Source: Candidatus Saccharimonadales bacterium
GTDB taxonomy: Bacteria > Patescibacteriota > Saccharimonadia > Saccharimonadales > UBA10212
Length of the DNA: 39,195 bases
Reading direction: 5' to 3'
NCBI GenBank assembly: GCA_036279215.1
Contig: DASUJO010000020.1
Span: 1-39,195, forward strand
Position numbers and translations under genes: made by a program. Shown here piece after piece: positions 8,028-15,127 of this stretch. The first letter of the stretch is position 1. Every line of letters begins with the position of its first letter. The notes beneath the pieces were generated by a model that saw nothing but the letters and a program-made list of their open reading frames with translations, was not told the DNA's origin and did not search any database.

Positions 8028-8663
8028 CTATAAAACTGTGCGCGTTTCGTGGTGCAGTTTGTCGCCGAAGATATATTCGGTAATCAGCGCGTTTGCTTCT
8101 CGCAGAACTTTTGGAAGTTCGGCCCTTTCTTCTTTGCTGAATTTCTTAAGCACATACGCGGCAGAATCGCTATTTTTTGACAGTTCCGAATTGATGCCTA
8201 TACGCAGGCGGCCAAAATCCCCGCCTATATGTTCTATCAGCGATTTGACACCGTTGTGTCCGGCATCGCTGCCGCCAATTCGGGTTCTGAGCTGTCCGAA
8301 AGGGATGGCTAATTCGTCGAATACGGCCAGTGTCTGCGGGTTATAAATCCGGTAAAAATGCTGAACGGTTTCAGCCGACTCCCCACTTAGGTTCATTTGT
8401 GTCGCCGGTTTGCAAAGAATAACCCGGCTGCTGCCCATAGCCGATATCGCAATGTCGCACTTAAGGTCTTTCTTTTTAGTCCATGCCGGGAAATCATTCT
8501 GCTGTGCGAAGTAGTCTAAAGCCATAAAGCCAGCATTGTGCCTGGTAGCGCTAAACTTTTTACCGGGATTACCAAGACCGATAATCAGCAAATCCTTAGT
8601 TGCGCCGATAGTATAGGCGGGCGCGCTGCTTGTGACGTACGGCTTTTTTTGTATCAGCCCCAT
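8028..8663 (-). CDS. pth: Peptidyl-tRNA hydrolase
   Basis: 'LIIGLGNPGKKFSATRHNAGFMALD' and 'GSDAGHNGVKS' are canonical Pth motifs. The start lies 9 nt after the der stop. Confidence 0.93.
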   Translation of the reverse strand: MGLIQKKPYVTSSAPAYTIGATKDLLIIGLGNPGKKFSATRHNAGFMALDYFAQQNDFPAWTKKKDLKCDIAISAMGSSRVILCKPATQMNLSGESAETVQHFYRIYNPQTLAVFDELAIPFGQLRTRIGGSDAGHNGVKSLIEHIGGDFGRLRIGINSELSKNSDSAAYVLKKFSKEERAELPKVLREANALITEYIFGDKLHHETRTVL

Positions 8664-8672
8664 AAGCTAATT

Positions 8673-9989
8673 CTACCCTTCCCTCTTATCTATAAACCAG
8701 AATTTTAGCGGCGTACCCGACAGCGGCCAGCGTTCACGGAATCGCCTTTCAAGATAACGCTTATAGCTCCAATGCAGGAATTTTGTGTGCGCGCCGAAGA
8801 TTTTGAAACTGGGCATGTCTATATCGTCTTCCTGAACCATGTAATTTAGCTTTGGCAGCATTCTGCGGGATGGTGGCGGCTCTTTACTGTCTACGGTATC
8901 TCTCAGCCATCGGTTAAGTTCGGCCGTTTGGAATTTTGTGCGGCGGGCTGAATCAATCTCCAGCGCCAGCTCAAGTAACTTCGTAACGTTCAACCCGCTT
9001 ACCGCGCTGGTAAAGACCAGCGGCGCCCACGGCGCGAACGGGAAGGCTGCTGACGTCTGCGCGCCCAAGCCCTCCCTTGTAGTATCTGATTCTACTGCAT
9101 CCCATTTATTGAGGACAATAATAAGGCCTTTGCCGGCGTCTTTTATCATACCGGCTATTTTTTGGTCCAACTGGGTATTTGGCTCGGCTGAATCCATTAC
9201 CAGCAAGCATAAATCCGACTCTTCTATGGCTGCCATTGAACGCAGCACACTGAAGTGCTCCACTCCCCGCTCAATCCGGCCGGGGCGGCGTATCCCGGCG
9301 GTATCGGCAATTTCGATATCGCGCGACTTATAACGCAGTCCAAGCCGGTTGACGTCCCTGGTTGTTCCGGCTTGGGGCGCAACCAGCGCCTGCTGCTTTG
9401 CCGCCAGGCTGTTGAACAGCGATGATTTACCGACGTTGGGCCGCCCCAAAATACTTATACGTATCAGGTTGCTCGGCTTAGGTATTTTTGCGTCCGGCAG
9501 GTTTTTGGCTACGGCATTTAATAATTCGGTTATACCGGTTTTTTGCGTGGTGCTGGTGCCAATTATGACCTTTATGCCTAGAGCCCGCCACGCGTCCAGA
9601 CCGGCTTTGCGGTTCTTATCCATCTTATTAACTACCAGCAGAACTTGTTTGCGGCTTTTTAAGGCCATTTTGGCGACGCGCCTGTCTTCGGCGGTTATCG
9701 GTACGCTGGCTTCGGCGACTACCAATATCACGCTGGCAGAATCAGCGGCTTCCTGAATCTGCTCCTGGATACCAAGCTCAAACTCATCTTCGGCTCCTTT
9801 CATGCCGGCTGTATCAACCAGCCAAAAATCTTTGCCGCCGGCGGTGGCCTTGGCAGTTATCCTATCCCTTGTCGTCCCCGGCTCCATAGCCACTATTGCT
9901 TCGCGACGCCCGATAAGTGCGTTAAAAAGCGAAGATTTGCCGACATTGGCGCGGCCAACTATTGCCACGATTGGTACCTTTTGGCTCAT
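8673..9989 (-). CDS. der: Ribosome-biogenesis GTPase Der (EngA), tandem G domains
   Basis: Two P-loops, 'IVGRANVGKSSLFN' and 'ILGRPNVGKSSLFN', with 'DTAG' after each and 'NKMD'/'NKWD' motifs, plus a KH-like C-terminus. Confidence 0.95.
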   Translation of the reverse strand: MSQKVPIVAIVGRANVGKSSLFNALIGRREAIVAMEPGTTRDRITAKATAGGKDFWLVDTAGMKGAEDEFELGIQEQIQEAADSASVILVVAEASVPITAEDRRVAKMALKSRKQVLLVVNKMDKNRKAGLDAWRALGIKVIIGTSTTQKTGITELLNAVAKNLPDAKIPKPSNLIRISILGRPNVGKSSLFNSLAAKQQALVAPQAGTTRDVNRLGLRYKSRDIEIADTAGIRRPGRIERGVEHFSVLRSMAAIEESDLCLLVMDSAEPNTQLDQKIAGMIKDAGKGLIIVLNKWDAVESDTTREGLGAQTSAAFPFAPWAPLVFTSAVSGLNVTKLLELALEIDSARRTKFQTAELNRWLRDTVDSKEPPPSRRMLPKLNYMVQEDDIDMPSFKIFGAHTKFLHWSYKRYLERRFRERWPLSGTPLKFWFIDKREG

Positions 9990-10017
9990 TAAGGGGTATT
10001 ATAGCTTAATTCAAACT

Positions 10018-10046
10018 AAAAACGCGGCCGTATGCGGCCGCGTTTT
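10018..10046 (-). terminator. Intrinsic terminator after the response-regulator gene (symmetric A/T flanks, possibly bidirectional)
   Basis: An 8-bp GC stem CGCGGCCG/CGGCCGCG (10023-10030/10035-10042) with a 4-nt loop. It is flanked by AAAAA (10018-10022) and TTTT (10043-10046), which reads as hairpin + TTTTT on the minus strand. It lies 18 nt past the stop at 10064. Confidence 0.7.
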
Positions 10047-10063
10047 ATATCCTTCTGGTCGGT

Positions 10064-10876
10064 TTATACGCCAGCTGGGGGCGGTGTCGGCGCTTCGCCT
10101 TCTGGCTTGGGCGGTTCGGCCGGAGGCGTGTCGCCTGCCGGAGGCATTGTCGGTGCGCCACCCATTGAACCGGCATCAGCCGGAGGTGTTACGGGCGCGG
10201 CCGGATCGGCCGGAGCAGCCGGATCTGCCGGTGTTGCCGGCTGGTCCGCGGGCGCGCTGGCCGCGAAATCATTAACTTGGTTATTAACAGCGTTTTGCTC
10301 TTGAGCGGTGCTCATAGGATCGCTACCCGGGGCAGACGAGCTGTCGCCGCCCGTTACCGGATTGTCGCCAGCTGGCTGGTCACCTGCCGGTGGCGTCATG
10401 GGGTTGGTATTGTCGTTTTGCATATTCTGCTCGCTTTCTTGCTTGTTATTTGATTGACCCTCTTGACCGTTTGGTGGTTCCGCCGAGCCCGCGGCGGCTT
10501 GCTTCCCGTCGGGCGGCAAGACTTCGCGGACTACGCGAACGAAATCTTCCAAGGTGACTTGGGACTTCACGAGGTATTTTACCACGCCCAGCTTTTCGCC
10601 GCGAGCGCGGTCCTCCGCCTGGCCTAAAGCCGTCATCATTATCACCTTGGTGGCGCTCATTTCCGGCGACGACCTTAGTGTTTCAAGCATTTCGAAACCG
10701 GACAGCTTGGGCATCATCACATCAGCTATTATCAATGCCGGCTTCTCTTTGGTCGCCACCCCCAGGGCCTCTTCGCCGTCGCTGGCGCTAAGCGTATCAT
10801 AGCCTTCAGCCTGCAAGCGCATCTCGAAGATCTCCCGCAGGTTGTTGTCGTCTTCTACTAGTAGGACTTTAGGCAT
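10064..10876 (-). CDS. Response regulator, receiver (CheY-like) domain only, with ~150-aa Pro/Ala/Gly/Asp-rich low-complexity C-terminal tail
   Basis: 'KVLLVEDDNNLREIF...ALIIADVMMPKLSGFEMLETLR...KVIMMTALGQ' is a REC domain. The tail reads '...ADQPATPADPAAPADPAAPVTPPADAGS...PPAEPPKPEGEAPTPPPAGV'. No DNA-binding or enzymatic output domain is recognisable. Confidence 0.85.
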   Translation of the reverse strand: MPKVLLVEDDNNLREIFEMRLQAEGYDTLSASDGEEALGVATKEKPALIIADVMMPKLSGFEMLETLRSSPEMSATKVIMMTALGQAEDRARGEKLGVVKYLVKSQVTLEDFVRVVREVLPPDGKQAAAGSAEPPNGQEGQSNNKQESEQNMQNDNTNPMTPPAGDQPAGDNPVTGGDSSSAPGSDPMSTAQEQNAVNNQVNDFAASAPADQPATPADPAAPADPAAPVTPPADAGSMGGAPTMPPAGDTPPAEPPKPEGEAPTPPPAGV

Positions 10877-10902
10877 TACTGATTACGCTTACGCTTTCCA
10901 TC

Positions 10903-10911
10903 ATTGTAACA
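10903..10911 (-). promoter_or_regulatory. Extended -10 element TGtTACAAT upstream of the response-regulator gene
   Basis: The minus strand reads TGTTACAAT, lying between the kinase stop (10917) and the regulator ATG (10876). I found no convincing -35. Confidence 0.35.
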
Positions 10912-10916
10912 AAAAT

Positions 10917-12116
10917 TCATGGATTATCCAGCGGGCTGAGCGAGGAAGCCTCGGACTGCTGCATGTGCAGCGCCTGCTCCTTGGAGAGCCGCGGCAAGTT
11001 AATGTAAAAAGTACTGCCTTTGCCGTAATGGCTGTCCACCCATATCCGTCCGTTATATAGCTCTATTATCTTTTTGCAAATGAATAGCCCCAGGCCGGTT
11101 CCGCCAACCGTCCGGGTCATCGAATTATCAACCCGGTAAAATTTCTGGAATAGGTGGGGTATATCTTCTTCGGCAATGCCGATGCCTGAATCCTTGATTT
11201 GAACCTGGACTACATTATTGTCGCCCGTTAAAGATATTGTTACCCATCCCTCATTGGTGTATTTGACAGCGTTGTCTACCAGGTTTTGCAAAACTTCCCT
11301 AATGCGGTTTGGATCTACGTACACATAAAACAACGGCCTAACCACTTTGCCGCCCCTGATATCGGTGCCGGCGCTTAAAACATACTTAAGCACTAAGCCT
11401 TTTTTCTCGGCGGTAAAACGAGAAGCATCGGTTATTTGCTCCAATACTTCACCGAGTTCTATAACTTTGGGATAGCTTGCCAGCCGGCCGTCCTCGGCTT
11501 TGGCGCTTGTCAGCAGGTCTACGAAAAGCTGGCTAAGGTGCTGGGTGGCGGCATGGGCTTTTTCCAGCAAATTCCTGCCGCGGGCATCAATGTTGGCGAC
11601 TTTAGGGTTAAGAGCTAATGACAAATAGCCCTCTATGGCAGCGATTGGCGTACGCATCTCGTGGCTGGCGGTGCTGACGAACTCCGAGCGGCGGTTTTCG
11701 TCTTGTTTTTCTGTAGTTACATCACGCAATACGCCCAAAACGCCCGTTGACATATTCTTTACGTCTTCCAGGATCGGCGACACTATCAGCGATATGGGCA
11801 CCAGCTTGCCGCTTTTGGTGCTAAGCAGCCCGCGGCTGTCCCTGACAGTCGAGCGTGTTCTCAGCGCCTGGGCGAACGGATGAAGTTCGGGCGGATACGG
11901 CTGCCCGTGTTCGTCAGTTATGTTTATAACGCTTCGAAAGTCCAAGCCTACCGCCTCTTCTACCTTCCAGCCGGTAATTGAGCTGGCGGCTGTGCTGAAC
12001 AGCCGGATGGTATTATCGCCGTCTACCAGAATGACGCCGTCGACAATTGCGCTCAGTAGAAAACTGGTATTCAGTTCTTCAGGATTGGCGCTTTTGCGCT
12101 TGCCTATTCCCAGCAT
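10917..12116 (-). CDS. Cytoplasmic PAS-domain sensor histidine kinase
   Basis: H-box 'STASHEMRTPIAAIEGY', N-box 'LQNLVDNAVKYT', G1 'DSGIGI' and G2 'GGTGLGLFICK', with an N-terminal PAS-like region. No TM segment is evident. Confidence 0.9.
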   Translation of the reverse strand: MLGIGKRKSANPEELNTSFLLSAIVDGVILVDGDNTIRLFSTAASSITGWKVEEAVGLDFRSVINITDEHGQPYPPELHPFAQALRTRSTVRDSRGLLSTKSGKLVPISLIVSPILEDVKNMSTGVLGVLRDVTTEKQDENRRSEFVSTASHEMRTPIAAIEGYLSLALNPKVANIDARGRNLLEKAHAATQHLSQLFVDLLTSAKAEDGRLASYPKVIELGEVLEQITDASRFTAEKKGLVLKYVLSAGTDIRGGKVVRPLFYVYVDPNRIREVLQNLVDNAVKYTNEGWVTISLTGDNNVVQVQIKDSGIGIAEEDIPHLFQKFYRVDNSMTRTVGGTGLGLFICKKIIELYNGRIWVDSHYGKGSTFYINLPRLSKEQALHMQQSEASSLSPLDNP

Positions 12117-12149
12117 CGGCGCCCCGTCTTCCGATTATTTATTTTTCCC

Positions 12150-12190
12150 ACCAAATAAACCATGAGGGACAACCTAAGGTTTTCCCTCAT
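12150..12190 (-). terminator. Possible terminator downstream of the Y-family polymerase gene
   Basis: An 8-bp stem ATGAGGGA/TCCCTCAT (12162-12169/12183-12190) is followed on the minus strand by GGTTTATTTGG. A second GC hairpin (12192-12198/12212-12218) lies just upstream of it on the minus strand. Confidence 0.4.
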
Positions 12191-12284
12191 CGCGCCGGGC
12201 GCGGAATGAATCCGGCGCTCGGGCTGTTCCTTTTCCTCTTAATGCTCATGCTTGGTTTAATTATCTGTTGTATGAGTGAAAAAT

Positions 12285-13529
12285 TCAATCTATGTAGTCT
12301 TTTATGCTGCCGAAGGCGATGCGCTGCAGTATGACGCCCTCCATGCCCTGCATAGCGGCCGGTATGACCGTGTATTCGCCCCAGCGGTCATTAATCGAGT
12401 CCAGCGCGTCCGATAGCAGCCTGGAGTCGCACCGAGTACCGCCGAAGATGCTGAGCTGCTGCGGGTCAACCGGCCGCAAGCCGTAAACCGAAACCGATAT
12501 ATGCGTTGCCAGGTCGGGCAGATATGCCTCTTCCAGCAGTTTGCCGGCGTGGAAGAATATCTCGTCGTTGGAGTACATGGCGGAACCGGTGCTGCGGCTT
12601 TTAGCCCACCAGTCGCCCGACTGGAAACCCAAAGACAGGTGTATGCCGCGCGCCAGATACCCCTGTTTCCTCATGCGGCGGCCGGCTTTGTAGCACAGCT
12701 TCATCAGCAGCCGCGCCAGCTCGGCCCGGTCGCGCGTCTTGACCTTGATGGCGTAATTGTGGCCGATGGATTTTCTGGCGAAGCGCCGGTCATCCACCTC
12801 GAATCCCCTGAGACGGGCGTACCACTGGTCACCGACGATACTCTTAAAAACCCGCCGCTTCAGCTTGTCCTGCGAGGCGGCCAAAAATTGCAGCGGCGTA
12901 AAGATTCCGGCTTCGTTCAGCCGGGCTTCGTAGCGGTAATTTATACCGGTCAGGTCGGTCAGCGACAGGCGCCCGTATATGGAAAGCGCGTTGGAGGCGT
13001 CCATTACGTTCAGGCCGTCGGGTTTGTTCAGGCCGGCGGCCGTTTTGGCCCAGAAGCGGCTGGCGCCGATGCCTACGTTGACGGTCACGTACGAGCCGAC
13101 GCGGTCTTTGATTTTGTGCTTTATCTCGTAGCCTATATCTATCAGGTCCCTGCCCTCGCGGACAGCCGGGCTGCCGGCAAAATCAATCACGAACTCATCT
13201 ATGCTTTTGTCGTACACGCTGCTGGTGTATTCGTCTACCACTTCTTTGAACAGCCGGTGGGCGGCGATGTATTTGTGCGGGTCGGGCATCAGCACGATAA
13301 CGCCTGGGTCTAGAGCCCGGGCCTCGCCGACGTTGACGCCCAGCTTGATGCCCTTGGCTTTGGCTTCGTAGCTGCTGGCTATCACCATCCCCCTAGGCGT
13401 ATCGTAAGCCGCCACCGCTACCGGCTTGTTGCGGTACAGCGGGTTAGCTTGCTGCTCCACAATGGCAAAACAGCTGTTTAGGTCTATGTGCATTACCAGC
13501 GGACAGGATTTGTTAAGTAGATAATCCAT
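12285..13529 (-). CDS. Y-family (translesion) DNA polymerase, UmuC/YqjW-like
   Basis: 'MHIDLNSCFAIVEQ', 'VAVAAYDTPRGMVIASSYEAKAKGIK' (UmuC-style 'NNDGCVIA' position) and 'IDEFVIDF', followed by little-finger-like C-terminal sequence. The ATG at 13529 overlaps the upstream 88-aa ORF by 17 nt. An alternative ATG at 13493 ('MHIDLNS') is possible. Confidence 0.85.
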   Translation of the reverse strand: MDYLLNKSCPLVMHIDLNSCFAIVEQQANPLYRNKPVAVAAYDTPRGMVIASSYEAKAKGIKLGVNVGEARALDPGVIVLMPDPHKYIAAHRLFKEVVDEYTSSVYDKSIDEFVIDFAGSPAVREGRDLIDIGYEIKHKIKDRVGSYVTVNVGIGASRFWAKTAAGLNKPDGLNVMDASNALSIYGRLSLTDLTGINYRYEARLNEAGIFTPLQFLAASQDKLKRRVFKSIVGDQWYARLRGFEVDDRRFARKSIGHNYAIKVKTRDRAELARLLMKLCYKAGRRMRKQGYLARGIHLSLGFQSGDWWAKSRSTGSAMYSNDEIFFHAGKLLEEAYLPDLATHISVSVYGLRPVDPQQLSIFGGTRCDSRLLSDALDSINDRWGEYTVIPAAMQGMEGVILQRIAFGSIKDYID

Positions 13530-13779
13530 CGCTGACGACTTCCAAGACCCAAGTGAGCTCTTTGGTGTTGAAGTTCAGCCTGAAGGCCAGCGTTTCATCC
13601 TTGTCTACCACCTCGAATATGTGGTGCCAGGTATCGCCGTGCTTATACTTGTGCGGGAACCCCAGCTCGCCTATCACGTAATCGCGGTTTTTCCAGCGTA
13701 TGGTGTAAGGCATGGTGATGTTCCGCCGGGAGCTGTAATAGCTGACCACGCTGACCTTTTGGTTTATCTTTTCGCGCAT
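13513..13779 (-). CDS. Orphan 88-aa protein in the UmuD/YolD position upstream of the polymerase; paralog of 14669-14932
   Basis: It has a strong SD (AAAGGAGGAACAAAAAATG). It is translationally coupled to the polymerase. It shares 'VxVVxYY', a 'P...(I/V).(W/F)' segment and a C-terminal 'F..(D)......L.F......W.L' pattern with the 87-aa ORF. I recognise no family. Confidence 0.7.
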   Translation of the reverse strand: MREKINQKVSVVSYYSSRRNITMPYTIRWKNRDYVIGELGFPHKYKHGDTWHHIFEVVDKDETLAFRLNFNTKELTWVLEVVSDGLST

Positions 13780-13874
13780 TTTTTGTTCCTCCTTTAAAAT
13801 ATATTTATGGTTTCCACGCCTGCCGCATTTAGGCTAGTTTTGGTGCGACGCTGCGGAGCGCAAGCGAGGCGTAT

Positions 13875-14672
13875 ATGAAATACGGCGAGCACGGACCGCA
13901 AAGCGGCAAGCCGGAAATAGCCAAAAAGCCAGCGGCGCGGCCAGCTGTGCTGGACGGCAGGCTGACTGGTGCGGAAGGTGTGGTTGATGATGGGTGCGGG
14001 CGGTATGTACTTCAGGTAAAAGCCAAAGACCTGGCCAAGCGGTACAACCTGGCCAAGGCGCCGGACGGCATCCGCGAAAACTTCAACGTGGCCCCGGGCC
14101 AGACGCTTCCGGTGGTGATAGAACCGGACGAAGGCGGACGGCGCGTAGAGATGATGAGATGGGGCCTGGTGCCGGCGTGGGCCAAAGACCTTAAGATTGG
14201 CTACAAGCTCATCAACGCCCGCGACGACACCATCTTTGACAAGCCGATGTGGCGCGGCGTGGTGCTGAAAAAGCGCGCCCTGATACCGGCCACCGGATTT
14301 TACGAATGGCAGAAGCCGGCCGAGCCCAAAGCGCGCAAGCAGCCCTTTTATATACATCCTAAGCAGGCCGGTATATTCTCTTTTGCCGGCGTCTGGAGCG
14401 GCTGGGCCGACGCCGAAGGCAAGCAGTGGCAGACCTACTCGATCATCACCACCGAGCCGAACAAAGAGATGTCCAAGGTCCATAATCGCATGCCGGTCAT
14501 CCTGGATCCCGATGACGAGGCGGCCTGGCTGGACCCCGCCAAGACCGCCCGCCGGGACATCGAGCCGTTTCTGCGCCCCTATCATGACGGCGGCCTGGAA
14601 GTCTTCCGCGTAAGCGACGAAGTCAATTCGCCAACCAATAACGATAAGCATCTAATCAGCCCTGCCGCTTAA
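13875..14672 (+). CDS. SRAP (SOS-response-associated peptidase; YedK/HMCES family) abasic-site processing protein with a non-canonical N-terminal extension
   Basis: 'CGRY' (Cys codon 13995-13997), 'RWGLVPAW', 'INARDDTI', 'RALIPATGFYEWQ' and 'HNRMPVILDP' are SRAP hallmarks. The only in-frame starts are the ATG at 13875 (GAGG 5 nt upstream) and the GTG at 13980, so the start is uncertain. Confidence 0.8.
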   Translation: MKYGEHGPQSGKPEIAKKPAARPAVLDGRLTGAEGVVDDGCGRYVLQVKAKDLAKRYNLAKAPDGIRENFNVAPGQTLPVVIEPDEGGRRVEMMRWGLVPAWAKDLKIGYKLINARDDTIFDKPMWRGVVLKKRALIPATGFYEWQKPAEPKARKQPFYIHPKQAGIFSFAGVWSGWADAEGKQWQTYSIITTEPNKEMSKVHNRMPVILDPDDEAAWLDPAKTARRDIEPFLRPYHDGGLEVFRVSDEVNSPTNNDKHLISPAA

Positions 14673-14932
14673 GCGCCGATTGACAGCAGTTTCCAGCTGG
14701 CGTCGGCGGCGTCAAACTCCAGCTGGTAGCTGGCCTGCCCGTCGCTCATCCGAAACAGCTGGACCTGCCGCCCGGCTTTATTTAGCGGCCGGCGCCGCCC
14801 GTTGTCGGTGAACACTACGCTTCTGCCGTCAAACTCCACCTTTTTGGGGAAGCCCAGCAGACGCCGCCCGGCGTTTTTAAAGTAATAGCCCACGACGTTC
14901 ACCTCTTTGTTAAGACCTGTAACTTTTTCCAT
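14669..14932 (-). CDS. Orphan 87-aa protein, paralog of 13513-13779
   Basis: Its SD (GCAGGAGGAACTCAAAATG) shares the 9-mer AGGAGGAAC with its paralog. Shared protein motifs include 'VNVVGYY' vs 'VSVVSYY' and 'YQLEFDAADASWKLL' vs 'FRLNFNTKELTWVLE'. It is GC-rich like the rest of the block. Confidence 0.65.
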   Translation of the reverse strand: MEKVTGLNKEVNVVGYYFKNAGRRLLGFPKKVEFDGRSVVFTDNGRRRPLNKAGRQVQLFRMSDGQASYQLEFDAADASWKLLSIGA

Positions 14933-15127
14933 TTTGAGTTCCTCCTGCTGAAATCTGGGTTAATTAAAAGAGAACCGATTCACCTTGGGGGTGTCAGCAG
15001 ACGGATTTGGCGCCCGGCTACCAGCTAAGAACGATGACCGTCTATCACGGTTCCATGACTGGGAGCGTAAGTGTATGTAAGTCTGCGAGGAGGAATCCTA
15101 GCGGAAGCCCTCACATGGCTAATGCTT

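Noticed and set aside
10064-10330. GCCGG-rich imperfect repeats, considered as a tandem-repeat or CRISPR-like array
   Set aside because: They lie in frame within the response-regulator ORF and encode its Pro/Ala-rich tail. There is no repeat-spacer periodicity.
12117-12284. Search for att-like direct repeats flanking the GC-rich cassette (12117-12284 versus 14933-15335) and for a duplicated tRNA-Glu 3' segment
   Set aside because: I found only short imperfect matches (TTAATTA; CCATGAGGG versus CCATGTGAGGG in inverted orientation). There is no integrase or recombinase gene. Horizontal origin therefore rests on composition and context only, and I do not call a mobile element.
12501-13313. 270-aa plus-strand ORF antisense to the Y-family polymerase gene
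   Set aside because: It is a shadow ORF with no family resemblance and Gly/Val/Ala/Arg-rich composition typical of the reverse frame of GC-rich coding DNA. The minus-strand frame carries unmistakable polymerase motifs.
13794-14651. 285-aa minus-strand ORF antisense to the SRAP gene
   Set aside because: Same reasoning. It is a shadow of a GC-rich gene, and the plus-strand frame has the SRAP motifs.
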